Shown here: positions 36,614 to 46,986 of the stretch, piece after piece
Layout: each line of letters starts with the position of its first letter
Position numbering within the stretch: the first letter of the stretch is position 1
DNA from: Candidatus Latescibacterota bacterium
Lineage (GTDB): Bacteria; Latescibacterota; UBA2968; UBA8231
DNA length: 64,000 bases
NCBI GenBank assembly: GCA_965215195.1
Contig: CBDCDC010000002.1
Span: 3,712,001-3,776,000 of the forward strand
Direction of reading: 5' to 3'
The notes under the pieces: model-generated
What the model saw: the letters and a program-made list of their open reading frames with translations, nothing else
Databases searched by the model: none
What the model was told of the DNA's origin: nothing
Translations under genes and position numbers: made by a program

Positions 36614-38590
36614 TCAAATTACAAATATCATGTTGTCGGTCATGCCAGTGAATCCATCAATCACCGTCCAGATACCCGCCGAAACGAACTGTCCCAGCAC
36701 CATTCCTAAAAAGAAGGGGCGCAAAGCTCTAAACATCTTGGGCCCGCCATAGCGCAACGCGAGGACCTTGATCAACCAAGCCAGAAAGATGCTGAACCAA
36801 GTCCAGTCCATCACCCGGCTGCCGGCAACAGTCAATCCCAGCGGATGGAGAGGCCACCCCAGAAATTTGTGCCGCAATAGCGTCAGCATGCCCATGAGCG
36901 AGGCCCCAATGCCCATGTTCATCCACATCCCCCAAGTCACGTCAATCGGCCGACTGGCTACCGTTGATACTAGGTCGAAGGGCAGCAAATTTGCTCCCAA
37001 GCAGAACCACGAGTGGATGTTTACTCCCCCGACTCCGTAAACTAGCTTGAGCATCAGCCCGAACGACACAATCAGCGACACGATCAGGGCCGCGATAATA
37101 CAGCCAAACACCGGCCGCTTGCGTCCTTGGAAACGCTCGTCGTCCAGCAGCTTCAACCCGTTGGCAATTGACGCCATCAAAAAGGTCCGAATATCCGAAG
37201 ACCACCCGTAGGTGTACCCCAGCGCGGTCACTCCCTGTGTGCCGAGGGCCGGGGTGCCGACGGCATAGAGCATAAAATTGGGCGCGATCAGGGGTGCGCG
37301 GCACGCGGCCATACCGCCTTCGACCACGATGCGAGTAATGGCAATAAAGATCACAAAGGCGATAAACAGGAACAGCCCCCCCGCCCAAAGAGGTAAGCCG
37401 GCCGCCCCGAGCCAGAGGAGCATGACGACCACCGATACTAGGGTGCCGATCACCGCGCTCCGATAGGAGAGAATCTCGCCGGAATCATCTACATCAGGAG
37501 CCGGGGTAAACGCCTTTCTAAATACATCTTGCAGGTGGCCCCTGGCGACCCATCCGCCATAGAGCACCAGTATCAACATTGCCCCGACCGCGGTTGAGGA
37601 GAATATCCCGGAGCTGCCGCCGTAGTGATTGACCCGCAATTGTAGGTACAACCCTAGGGTATCGAACACTCCGTCTAGGCATTTGACCACAACATCCAAA
37701 AACCAAAGCCCGAAAGCCACATCCTGATTGATCAAATAGGCAAATCCCATCACCGGGAAACTGATCATAAAGCGCAACTGGATCGACTCCCGCAGCAACG
37801 AGATAGTGACGCCGGGATAGAGGGGGTTGATTGCAGGCAAATAATCGTAGTACGCATTGAGACCAATGGAAGAAGTGATGCAGGAAGCAAAGGCGAAACC
37901 TAGCCACATCAGGGGATTTTTGAAGAACCCCGCCAACAGACTGCCCTTGCTATTCTCACCGATCATGTCTAGGGGGGCTCTGATGATGGGATATATCAGC
38001 CTCTCGTGCTCGATCCACTGCTTTCTCAGAATGACCATCAGCGCGATCATCACAAAGTAAAAGGCGGCGAAAAAGACGCTCCAGTAGGCCAGCGGCTTCA
38101 ACCACACAGCCCACGGAACCGACTCGCCTTGCGGCAGGCCCTCAAAGAAGTACTTGCACGCCAGTGGATCCTCGATGACCATCCACCCTCTGACATAGGG
38201 GGCCACCAGATTCGCCCAGTCGTTCTCGGGCGTGGCAAAGTAGGGCAGCGTCGCCATCAGGGGGATCTGGTAGTGGGTCAGCCCCATTCCCGTGATCGCA
38301 CACGAGGTCATCATCATCACATAGATGAGGATCAATTCCGTCGGCGTGAATGCCACTCTGGGGCCCATGAGCTTCAACAGCACATTGACGCCGGCCACTA
38401 AGAAAAAGAAAATGAATAGAGCTCCGCCGGTGCTGAAGTCATCGGACATGCGCGAACTTCTGAGAAAAATTTCCCCGTACTGGGTTCCCCCGCCTACCAG
38501 TGCCGAGCACACCAGACCAGTAAAAAAAGCTCTCACCGTCACCCCAGAGGAGTTTCCCACGCTCGTTTCCCTTCGCTTCTGTTCCTTCAT
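36614..38590 (-). CDS. Polytopic membrane protein, DUF6785/DUF6784-like (putative transporter)
   Basis: TPTELILIY, YFATPENDW, VPW..W..PL..W, RKQW.EHERL.YP, WPLHPLG, LRYGG...PFF.G..LG. Confidence 0.75.
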   Translation of the reverse strand: MKEQKRRETSVGNSSGVTVRAFFTGLVCSALVGGGTQYGEIFLRSSRMSDDFSTGGALFIFFFLVAGVNVLLKLMGPRVAFTPTELILIYVMMMTSCAITGMGLTHYQIPLMATLPYFATPENDWANLVAPYVRGWMVIEDPLACKYFFEGLPQGESVPWAVWLKPLAYWSVFFAAFYFVMIALMVILRKQWIEHERLIYPIIRAPLDMIGENSKGSLLAGFFKNPLMWLGFAFASCITSSIGLNAYYDYLPAINPLYPGVTISLLRESIQLRFMISFPVMGFAYLINQDVAFGLWFLDVVVKCLDGVFDTLGLYLQLRVNHYGGSSGIFSSTAVGAMLILVLYGGWVARGHLQDVFRKAFTPAPDVDDSGEILSYRSAVIGTLVSVVVMLLWLGAAGLPLWAGGLFLFIAFVIFIAITRIVVEGGMAACRAPLIAPNFMLYAVGTPALGTQGVTALGYTYGWSSDIRTFLMASIANGLKLLDDERFQGRKRPVFGCIIAALIVSLIVSFGLMLKLVYGVGGVNIHSWFCLGANLLPFDLVSTVASRPIDVTWGMWMNMGIGASLMGMLTLLRHKFLGWPLHPLGLTVAGSRVMDWTWFSIFLAWLIKVLALRYGGPKMFRALRPFFLGMVLGQFVSAGIWTVIDGFTGMTDNMIFVI

Positions 38591-38679
38591 CCTCCTCTAA
38601 CTCCCTCTAGTACACAGCGATTTATCCCGCGTCGCACAACTCCCCACCAATCCGCATTCAGATCACAGCGGTGAAGTAG

Positions 38680-39963
38680 TTAATTGCGATTCCCCTTGCT
38701 GCTTAGTACAACTTGGTCTCCAGCCGCGTTCCTGAGCATCACAGTGACGGCTTCCGCTTCTCCGGGCAATCGGATTTCCTCCAAAACCCGCGCTACCTGT
38801 CCCGGCAGCAAGCTCTTGGTGAAAAGAGACTCCCCGCTAGCTGCATCCTGCGCGATGAGTTCGGTTTCTGCCGATACCCCAATATCCATTTTCAAGACGG
38901 CCTTGCCACCATTGCCGCTCTCAAAGGTCAGGCTCGGCTCATTTAGCAGCAAATAATCTCCTGTGAGCCTGTACACAGAGACAACCTGTTCCTTGGTGAC
39001 ACCGTGAAACATCGCCATATCCACGGTGTACTCGCACACCTCGCCCCGGTCGAGATCGACAGAGTACCCCTCCCGCTCCCAGCGGTCGGCGTGATTGGAG
39101 ATGTGGCGGGTCAGCGAAGGCTCTAAGTAGTATGTGTCTGCACCCCGCGTATATCCTATGTACGCGGGGATCTCCCTATCCCCGACAAACACCGCAGAGC
39201 GAACCATAGCCATCACTTGCCGGTTCGCATCGTCCCCAATAACACCCCACCGCGCCGGCACAAACAACTGGAGCCCCCCCGAGCCCCCCCGGCGGAAATC
39301 CACGGCTTCGGGTATTGGCCACGAGTGCCACGACTGGTCCGGGATCTGGTATTGGGGAATGAGTCCGCTCCACACCACCCAGCACTGACTGCCGGGGGCG
39401 TAAAAATAATCGCTGTCGTCGCACTCGCCTCCCACGCAGGGACTGCCGTGGACGCAGTGTTGAAAGCGGGCGCGTCGTGCGCCGACATTTTCTATCTCGT
39501 AATCCATCTTCAGCCGCGTGGAGCCCGCGTAAGCGGTCGTGGTCTTTTCGAATCTCAGTTCGCACAATTTGCCGGTGACTGGGTCGGAGTAGGGAAAAGT
39601 TATCTCACCTACCAAAACTGCACGGCGCTCGTAGAGCCGGGCCGTCATCTCCCACGGTTGTGTCCATAGGTAGCCCATGTAGGGCGATCCCCCGGTCCAC
39701 GGCACACATTCGGCGACACCGCCGTGCGGATAGTGTTTGCCGTGGTTTTTGTCGAGGGGTTCGAGCTGTCTTAGCTGTTCCACGCCCGCGATTTTGTCGA
39801 AATAACTCAGAGGCGACCGGCCCCGGGTATGGGCTATCTCACTCCTGATGTATTTATTTTCAAACACATATATCGGCTGCCCATCGCGTTCGCTGGTATA
39901 GAGAGATACTTGGCCCATTGCGGGGAAGGCCCCCAAAAGAGCCAAGGATAAAGCCCATCGCAT
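38680..39963 (-). CDS. Secreted protein, galactose-mutarotase-like beta-sandwich
   Basis: Signal peptide; ENKYIR, GG..EC.P, W..PW, FEKT, DYEIEN.G, Y.LEP. Confidence 0.55.
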   Translation of the reverse strand: MRWALSLALLGAFPAMGQVSLYTSERDGQPIYVFENKYIRSEIAHTRGRSPLSYFDKIAGVEQLRQLEPLDKNHGKHYPHGGVAECVPWTGGSPYMGYLWTQPWEMTARLYERRAVLVGEITFPYSDPVTGKLCELRFEKTTTAYAGSTRLKMDYEIENVGARRARFQHCVHGSPCVGGECDDSDYFYAPGSQCWVVWSGLIPQYQIPDQSWHSWPIPEAVDFRRGGSGGLQLFVPARWGVIGDDANRQVMAMVRSAVFVGDREIPAYIGYTRGADTYYLEPSLTRHISNHADRWEREGYSVDLDRGEVCEYTVDMAMFHGVTKEQVVSVYRLTGDYLLLNEPSLTFESGNGGKAVLKMDIGVSAETELIAQDAASGESLFTKSLLPGQVARVLEEIRLPGEAEAVTVMLRNAAGDQVVLSSKGNRN

Positions 39964-40005
39964 TGAAAAACTCCTTTCGCGAATGCTATAGTCGAACCGC
40001 TGACC

Positions 40006-41709
40006 TCAGGGCGCACGGCTGCTGTCGTTCCATCCACCGGCCCCGACCCATCCCCTGCCTTCCTCGATCACGACGCGCTGATTGACGGCTAACTGGCGCA
40101 GGCGATCCACCGTGCCGCTGGGCCAGCGCACGACGAGTTGCTCTATGCGCTCGCTCTTCCCCAACCCAAAAGAAGCGTGCCGGTCATTTTGGCTGTACAG
40201 TCCAGAGCCGCTCTTGATCTCCCTGATCTGGCGCAAACCGCCCGCGTTGAGTTCGACTCGCGCCCCCACGCCATCCCTGTTGCTCTCTACACCGGTCACT
40301 CTGACTTGGAACCAGTTGTGCTCGTTGCCCCCATCGTTCCGCAGCAGGTCGGCGCGGCCGACCGAATTGACCACGAATATATCCACATCGCCGTCGTTGT
40401 CGTAATCCCCGAACGCCGCCCCCCGGCTCACTTTGACGATGGATAGCCCTTCCCCGGAGGCGTCGGAGACCTCGGCGAAGCGTCTGTGTCCCTCGTTCCT
40501 GAACAACTGGTTGCGCTGGGGATACGAGGTGGAGGCGTCAAAAAGAATTGCGTTGTCCAGCGTGTGACCGTTGGCGACGAATACATCCAACAAACCATCG
40601 TTGTCATAGTCGAAGAAGGCGGTACTCCAGCCGACATACGGGAGCGAATAGCGCCCAATACCCGAAGGCGTCGATTCGTACGCGAACAGACCATCGCCTT
40701 CGTTCCGATAGAGACTGGTAGGCTCGCGCTGAAAGTTGGGGACGACGAGATCGAGGAAGCCATCGTTGTCGTAGTCGCCGAAGTCGGCCCCCATGCTGGC
40801 TTCCATCCGCCCATCGCCACTGTAGCCGACCCCGGCGATAAGAGCTACATCCGCAAAAGTTCCATCGCCGTTGTTCTGGTAGAGGAAATTGGCTGTCTGG
40901 TCGTTGGCCACGAAGAGATCGGTGTCCCCGTCGTTGTCGTAATCGCCGCACACCAAACCCATCCCCTTTCCACCTCGATTGAATACCCCGGCTTGGACCG
41001 TGACGTCCGCAAAGGTTCCATCTCTCTCGTTGTGATACAGTGCATCGGGAGAGCCTGTAAAATTATCGGGACTGGGATAGGCCCTGATATCTGGTGCTAC
41101 TTCTTCGTCGGCAAGGGAGCCAACGGCGTATGGAGTCAGATCCTTTTTAGGGGCGTCGAGAGTATATTCGACATAGTTGGCCACGTACAAATCGAGGAAT
41201 CCGTCGTTGTCGTAATCAAAAAAGGCACAGCCCGTCCCCCACAATTCGTTCCCCAATCCCGCCTGATCGGTGACATTGGCAAAGGTTCCATTCCCCTCGT
41301 TGCGATACAGCGCGTTCGGACCGTAATTGGTGAGGTAGATATCCACATCGCCGTCGTTGTCGTAATCGGCGGCGGTCACGCCCATGCCGTATCCCCGGTC
41401 TTGCACCCCAGCCTCGCGCCCGACTTCGGCGAAGGTTCCATTGCCCCGGTTGCGATAGAGCGCATTGCGCTCTTCAGAGTCGGCGTTGGGAGTCAGATCG
41501 TGACCATTGACTGCGTATAAATCGAGAAATCCATCGCCATCGTAATCCAGAAATGCGCACCCTGGTCCCATGGTTTCGATAAAGTACTTCTGCCCAGTGC
41601 CGCCGTGGGTGTAGTGAAAATCGATACCCGCCTCTGCGCTCACTTCCACAAAATGCACCTGCCCCCCATGGATGACCGAAACCCAGAGCACGAGGCAGAT
41701 CGACCCCAT
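40006..41709 (-). CDS. CRTAC1-family protein (FG-GAP/VCBS repeats + ASPIC/UnbV domain)
   Basis: Multiple DYDNDG..D and LYRN.G.GTF repeats; SNRDGVGARV...SG..SQ....FGLG...VRWPSG. Confidence 0.92.
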   Translation of the reverse strand: MGSICLVLWVSVIHGGQVHFVEVSAEAGIDFHYTHGGTGQKYFIETMGPGCAFLDYDGDGFLDLYAVNGHDLTPNADSEERNALYRNRGNGTFAEVGREAGVQDRGYGMGVTAADYDNDGDVDIYLTNYGPNALYRNEGNGTFANVTDQAGLGNELWGTGCAFFDYDNDGFLDLYVANYVEYTLDAPKKDLTPYAVGSLADEEVAPDIRAYPSPDNFTGSPDALYHNERDGTFADVTVQAGVFNRGGKGMGLVCGDYDNDGDTDLFVANDQTANFLYQNNGDGTFADVALIAGVGYSGDGRMEASMGADFGDYDNDGFLDLVVPNFQREPTSLYRNEGDGLFAYESTPSGIGRYSLPYVGWSTAFFDYDNDGLLDVFVANGHTLDNAILFDASTSYPQRNQLFRNEGHRRFAEVSDASGEGLSIVKVSRGAAFGDYDNDGDVDIFVVNSVGRADLLRNDGGNEHNWFQVRVTGVESNRDGVGARVELNAGGLRQIREIKSGSGLYSQNDRHASFGLGKSERIEQLVVRWPSGTVDRLRQLAVNQRVVIEEGRGWVGAGGWNDSSRAP

Positions 41710-41743
41710 TGAGTATGCGGCAGGAGTTCGTGCCCCAATGGCA

Positions 41744-42646
41744 CTAGGGATTCCCCAGAGCATCCTCTACCTCGATATTATCCTGCCCTTCGAGCACCAG
41801 AATCCGGGAAAGATGCGGAGCCAGTACTTCGGCGATTTGTACGACTCCGATCCGCTTTACCTCCCGCCGAGAATACACCACAAATTTGTGTCCTACCTCG
41901 ACTTTGTCCGCCAGCCCCAAATTGACGAAGCCCTCCTTCCCCTGTAAGCTGAGAATCTTCGGTTCCCGCTGTTGCAGGGTGTGCGGTGGGGAGGCCTTAG
42001 TCGCAATCTCTTCAGTTAATTGCTGGAGTGCATCTAGCGTAACCTTGCCTATGATTGTCTGCCGAAAGCGCTCCACGCCAAAGGGAATCTCGTTGAGTTC
42101 GAGAAGGGCGGCCTCTTTGCGAGTAGGTTTTCCCAAAAGGGTCAAGCCCAGATCCCGATCTGTCATTTCGGCTTTTCCCACCGCCGCTCCAACTTGACCC
42201 CCAGAGAGCGGCTGCAGCAATTGGATCTCGACTTCGACCAGCGCCGTGTAGGAAGTGTACCCCCCCAAGAAGGGGTTGCCTGCATTGAACCGTTTGATGG
42301 AGAAGTTGCGGATATCGCCGTTCACAACCAGATCGGCACCAGCGGCAGCTCCTATCCTGAACGCTTGGGCCGCACGGTCCTCGCCTTCTGTCAGTAGAGA
42401 ATCGAGCAACGGCAAAACAACTACGTTCCGCTTCTGCTCGAGCAATTCGCCTAGGACTTGGGGAATACCCCGGCTGATATCCCAACTGCCGCGAAAATAA
42501 CTGTGGTCCTCAAAGGGTGCTATCAGAATCACCGCTTCGGGCTGAAACGCCGCAGAACGAAGCGGATACAGGAGTAGTGCGAGTCCAAACAGCAGGTCGA
42601 CTCTACAAAGACGAGACCAGCCCAGAATAGCTATTGTTCTTAGCAT
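41744..42646 (-). CDS. Secreted CsgG/TolB-N/FlgT-like protein
   Basis: ILIAPFED, IG...GADLVVNGDI..F, C-terminal VNLG..D.V..G..F.VY domain. Confidence 0.6.
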   Translation of the reverse strand: MLRTIAILGWSRLCRVDLLFGLALLLYPLRSAAFQPEAVILIAPFEDHSYFRGSWDISRGIPQVLGELLEQKRNVVVLPLLDSLLTEGEDRAAQAFRIGAAAGADLVVNGDIRNFSIKRFNAGNPFLGGYTSYTALVEVEIQLLQPLSGGQVGAAVGKAEMTDRDLGLTLLGKPTRKEAALLELNEIPFGVERFRQTIIGKVTLDALQQLTEEIATKASPPHTLQQREPKILSLQGKEGFVNLGLADKVEVGHKFVVYSRREVKRIGVVQIAEVLAPHLSRILVLEGQDNIEVEDALGNP

Positions 42647-43472
42647 GGGAAGAGCTGTCCCCAGAGCGGATATGGTGGTCCAAAGCACGGTCAAAGCTCA
42701 CCGCCTCAGGGTCTTTCCCCACCTCCCACTTCTCTATCCTGCGGTTGAAGTCGAAACGGATATCGACCGTTTTTAGCGGCGTATCGAACTCGTCGAATTT
42801 GAGCGCAAATTCTTTCAGTACCAACCGCACCCTCTCCACCGCTGGGTCGAGCGAATCAAAGGCGATTAGGCCGCCGTAGCTCTCTCCCTTGAATATCGGC
42901 TGCTCCTCCGCGTAGTTCAGACTGCGCACATGCCCCATTCTGACTTCAAAGCGATAGAATTCATTGCCGCTCTGCCCGCGCAAACCTCTGTAATACCGCT
43001 CGAAGCTATTGTAGGGCGACGTCGACGGCATCCCATAGGAATGGAGTGTCTGGCCCTGATCCGTCAAGAGAATGGCTTTGAGGGGATAGAGTTGAACTTT
43101 GGCAAAAGTCTGGTTGAAAACACTCACCTTAAAGACAGTGAAGCGGTTGGGGGTATAACCCACATCCCGATCAATGTAGTCGCCGTAGGTGTAGGGATTA
43201 GTCGAATACTCTCCTCTATTCGAATCTTCGGGGAGCAGGGCATTTAGCTCTGCATCCGTCGTAAATTTGACGTCGATCCGCAATCCTTCTGACGCATATA
43301 CAGAGCCATCGTTCTCTACTCTATACGGAGCTTCACTGCCGATCTTTTCCACGGGCACTAGGTACGAGTTGTAGTGGATCTGCGGCGGAAAAATAATGCA
43401 TCCCACCGCGATTTGGGCTGTACAAGCTACCCATATCCACCTTGTCGCCTTGCCGGTGAGTTTCATATTCAT
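42603..43472 (-). CDS. Hypothetical lipoprotein
   Basis: Lipobox IAVGC; GGGGAA RBS; beta-rich (FTVFKVSVFN, GLIAF..LDP). Confidence 0.65.
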   Translation of the reverse strand: MNMKLTGKATRWIWVACTAQIAVGCIIFPPQIHYNSYLVPVEKIGSEAPYRVENDGSVYASEGLRIDVKFTTDAELNALLPEDSNRGEYSTNPYTYGDYIDRDVGYTPNRFTVFKVSVFNQTFAKVQLYPLKAILLTDQGQTLHSYGMPSTSPYNSFERYYRGLRGQSGNEFYRFEVRMGHVRSLNYAEEQPIFKGESYGGLIAFDSLDPAVERVRLVLKEFALKFDEFDTPLKTVDIRFDFNRRIEKWEVGKDPEAVSFDRALDHHIRSGDSSSHAKNNSYSGLVSSL

Positions 43473-43524
43473 TCCCCTTTTATTATGACTTGCGCCAGTT
43501 CAGTCAATCCACTCACTCCGAGCA

Positions 43525-43667
43525 CTTACTACACGACACCAGCCCTCAGCCTGCCAAGGATCGAGGGCATCTTGCCCGCGTCGAGGGCGGGACGCCCTCG
43601 AGCCCGGACACAGTAGAAAATGCGTACTCAAAGTAAGGGTCGCCTACTTTAGGTGTCGTGTACTAAG
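43525..43667. mobile_element. MITE (143 bp) containing a REP-like pair
   Basis: TIRs CTTACTACACGACACC / GGTGTCGTGTACTAAG (15 of 16 match); flanking direct repeats CTCCGAGCA (43516-43524) and CTCCGAACA (43668-43676). Confidence 0.8.
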
Positions 43668-43676
43668 CTCCGAACA

Positions 43677-46600
43677 TCACAGCCTATAGTTGACGATCCA
43701 GTCCCGATGCCCCTTGGCAAAACGATAGGCATCCTCGCTGGCTTTATCGTCCTCGAATAGAGCGATCACTTTATCGTAGGTTTGCACTGCTTTCTTCCAC
43801 TGGCGCAAAAACTCATAACACGTGCCCAGATTGCTTAGGGCACCGATCTCCACCTCAGTGCCGGGATATTTCTCCGTGAGAGCTATGAATAGCGGCACCA
43901 CCTCGTCGAATTTCTGCCGCGCCCTCTCTCCCTCTCCCTCTTTGTCCAAGGCCACAGCCGCGCCAAATAGGGCCATCGTCCGTTCGTATTCCTCATAAGC
44001 TATAAGTTCCCGTATGTTTTTTAGAATCTCGGGAACTTCTCTGGCGATATCGGCCTCGGGATAGTCGGCCAGCACATGTTGGTACTCGACCAGCGCCTTT
44101 TCGTAGTCTTCTTTGTTGAAGTAGTAATCGCCCAGCGTAAAGCGGGCATCTACTGCAAACTCGCTATTGGGAAAGGTTGCGAGCAGACGTTCAAAAGTCC
44201 GAATGAATTTTTCATTGTCCTTCAGTTCGTAGAACGCCCAAGCCGTATTGTAGAGTGCATCATCGCTAAACGACGATGCTAGATAATCCTCTAATAGACG
44301 CTGGTACAGCGCAATCGCCTCGTCAAATTTTCCCAAGTTGAATGCGCTCTCAGATGCACGCATCAGCGCCTCTGCCGCGATGTCGGCGTGCGGATATTTT
44401 TCCACCAGCTTTTCGAAGACCTCTGCAGACCGCTCGAATTCCCTCAGATTGAAATACGCGTACCCAAGATAGTAGTACGCGTACACAATGTTGGTTGAGT
44501 CGGGGAAACGCGCTACAAAGGCTTTCAACACTTCGGCCGATTCGTCGAACTTTTCGCTGTGAAAGTAAAGCGTGCCCAGAGCATAGGTCATATCGACGGA
44601 ATAGTACGAGTTCGGATAGCGCTTGAGTCCTTCGCTATACGTCGCTATCACTTCCTCGTATTGCCCCTTGCGCTGCTGGCTCTCACCAATGAGGTAATAG
44701 ACCTGCTCCTCCAACCTGTACGCTCTATCTCCTTTGCTATCCTCTAGGTCCAGCACCAGAATTTTCCGTCCCGTGGCAATGGCTGTATCGTACTGCTCCA
44801 ACTCGAGATAGAGCGTCAGCATCAGCACCATGTACTCTGCCTGTTCAACTGGCTCTTCGGCCGCAGTGGCCAATCGCCGGTAGCTCTCCAACGCCTCTTC
44901 CTGCCTATTTAAGCGGAGATAAGCCAGTCCCAACATCTTCTGGGCCGGACTTTTGATTCTCTCGTCGGCAGAATCCACCAGCACTCTCAGATCTTCCTCT
45001 GCTTCTGCGTATCGCTCCAGACGCGAGTAGCTCGTCCCCCGGTCGTACTGGGCGATCTCCTTCAACTTGGGGTTGCCCGTACTGTGGATGGCCTGCGTAA
45101 ATTGGTCCACCGCACGCTCGTATTCCTCTTTTCCCACCCATGCCTTGCCCATCAGGTAGTGGTATTGAGCTCGCTCCTCCTCGCTGCCGGCTCTAGCCAT
45201 GCCCCGTTCGAGAACCCCCAAAGCTCGGTCGAATTGCTCTAGACCTAGGTATATGCGCCCTGCTTCGACGCATGCCAGTGAGAACTGCGGTGCCGTCTCC
45301 CGCACCTGCAAAAAGACCGCGGTCGCCCTCGCGCCCTCTCCTTTTTTATTTAGTGCCAATCCCAGTTCAAAATGGGCGATATCCAACTGAGTGGAATCAT
45401 CCGTCGCCGCGATAATCTCGTCGTACAAGGCCACCGCCCTATCGTATAGCTCCTCGTTGTAAAACATCCGCGCCAGTTGAAATTGTGAACTCCTCGCATA
45501 AGTGCCATCGCGATTGTCCGCGATGATCTTCCGGTAGATCGCCTCGGCCTCGCGCTGCGCTGCCTGCTCGCCAATCCTCTGTTTGGCGAGAGCGACATTG
45601 AATCTGGTTGCGGTGACAAAATTCGGATCGGGATACTGCGCCAAGACCGCGTCATAGGCCTGCACGGCTGCCGCATAGGCCTCGCGGGCCCCTGCGGCCT
45701 CTCCCTGCTGTGCCAATTTTTCGGCCTTAGAGTAGTAGGCTCGACCCATTTCGAAATGGGAATTTCCGAGGGAGTAACCGGCTCGGGAGGCGATCTCGCC
45801 GTAGGCTTTCACGTACACATTGTATTCGCGAATTGCATCGTCAAAATAGTCTTCTCCCCACTCTTCGCTCGCTTGGGTGTAGCGCTGAGCGAGCCGGAAC
45901 TGCATTCGCGCCTTAAATGTGTTGTTGGGTATTTGGACGATGGCCTCGCGGTACGTATCCACACAGCGGGCGAAAAGCCGGTTTTCAAAGTACATATCCG
46001 CCAAACTCTGATAAGCCTTCTCAACCAGCCTCCGCTCCTGAGCAAATACCGTGATAACAGAGCGATAGGATCGCTCTGCCTGTTCAAAATCCTCTAACTG
46101 GCTGTAGCAATCCCCGATTCGGATCTGGGCCTTGGCGGTCAACTCATACTCGGTTTCGTCCACCAGCCCGGCCACTTTCTCGAACTGCATCTTCTGAATT
46201 TCTCGTTCGCTTAACGCGCCGATGTTTAACTGGTCCGCTAATTGTTGATAGTAGGGGATCGCCTTGCGGTACTGTCCTTGGTCGTAATAGCATTCACCGA
46301 TCTGGAAGAAGGCCCGACTGACTTGGAAACCGGATTTGAAGCGCTCCGTCAATTCGGTAAAGGCTTCGATGCTATTGGCGTATTCCTTCAGTTCGTAGTA
46401 GGACCATCCTATGTTGTAAAGAGCCTCCACCACATACGCATTGTCGGGATATTTCTCGATAAATTTCTGTCCCTCGCGGATGACCTCCCGGTAGCGCTGT
46501 GCGCTGTACCAACAGGTCGTAATCCTGTTCTGCGCTAACACCCGCAAATTCTCAGACCTAGCATTTTCTTCTACTCTGGAGAAATAGCTCACCGCCTTTT

Positions 46601-46964
46601 CCAAGTATTCCTCCGCCCTTCCCTTCGGCTGCTCCTGTTCTTCTTTGTTCGACTCGTCCTTCGCGGCGCGAAATTCTTCCTCGAACATCTTGAAATACGC
46701 ATTGCCCATTTGGTAGATCGCCGCGTCTTTCACCGCAGTTTCTACTCTTCCAACCACGACGACGATGTCGCTGTCTTCCAGCAGCATACTGCGAACACCG
46801 CTGATATCCTCGAACTTCTCGATGGCTTGATCGTAGGCACCCTCGGAATAGAAACTCTGACCCGCTTGGAAGGTGGAGAGCATGTACTCTCTGGTGGGCA
46901 CGTCTTTTGCCAAGAGGGCGATGCCCAAGGTCATACCCACAATCGTCAATCCCAGCAAATGCAT
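43677..46964 (-). CDS. Large secreted TPR protein (BamD/CpoB-type repeats)
   Basis: Signal MHLLGLTIVGMTLGIALLA; many A...Y..L...YP.S....A.Y..G repeats; GAGGAG RBS. Confidence 0.88.
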   Translation of the reverse strand: MHLLGLTIVGMTLGIALLAKDVPTREYMLSTFQAGQSFYSEGAYDQAIEKFEDISGVRSMLLEDSDIVVVVGRVETAVKDAAIYQMGNAYFKMFEEEFRAAKDESNKEEQEQPKGRAEEYLEKAVSYFSRVEENARSENLRVLAQNRITTCWYSAQRYREVIREGQKFIEKYPDNAYVVEALYNIGWSYYELKEYANSIEAFTELTERFKSGFQVSRAFFQIGECYYDQGQYRKAIPYYQQLADQLNIGALSEREIQKMQFEKVAGLVDETEYELTAKAQIRIGDCYSQLEDFEQAERSYRSVITVFAQERRLVEKAYQSLADMYFENRLFARCVDTYREAIVQIPNNTFKARMQFRLAQRYTQASEEWGEDYFDDAIREYNVYVKAYGEIASRAGYSLGNSHFEMGRAYYSKAEKLAQQGEAAGAREAYAAAVQAYDAVLAQYPDPNFVTATRFNVALAKQRIGEQAAQREAEAIYRKIIADNRDGTYARSSQFQLARMFYNEELYDRAVALYDEIIAATDDSTQLDIAHFELGLALNKKGEGARATAVFLQVRETAPQFSLACVEAGRIYLGLEQFDRALGVLERGMARAGSEEERAQYHYLMGKAWVGKEEYERAVDQFTQAIHSTGNPKLKEIAQYDRGTSYSRLERYAEAEEDLRVLVDSADERIKSPAQKMLGLAYLRLNRQEEALESYRRLATAAEEPVEQAEYMVLMLTLYLELEQYDTAIATGRKILVLDLEDSKGDRAYRLEEQVYYLIGESQQRKGQYEEVIATYSEGLKRYPNSYYSVDMTYALGTLYFHSEKFDESAEVLKAFVARFPDSTNIVYAYYYLGYAYFNLREFERSAEVFEKLVEKYPHADIAAEALMRASESAFNLGKFDEAIALYQRLLEDYLASSFSDDALYNTAWAFYELKDNEKFIRTFERLLATFPNSEFAVDARFTLGDYYFNKEDYEKALVEYQHVLADYPEADIAREVPEILKNIRELIAYEEYERTMALFGAAVALDKEGEGERARQKFDEVVPLFIALTEKYPGTEVEIGALSNLGTCYEFLRQWKKAVQTYDKVIALFEDDKASEDAYRFAKGHRDWIVNYRL

Positions 46965-46986
46965 CTGGTCTCTCCTCTTGAAGAAC

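Noticed and set aside
42603-42694. Frameshift between the lipoprotein and CsgG-like genes
   Set aside because: Each ORF has its own signal peptide; with the start at 42646 the overlap is only 44 nt.
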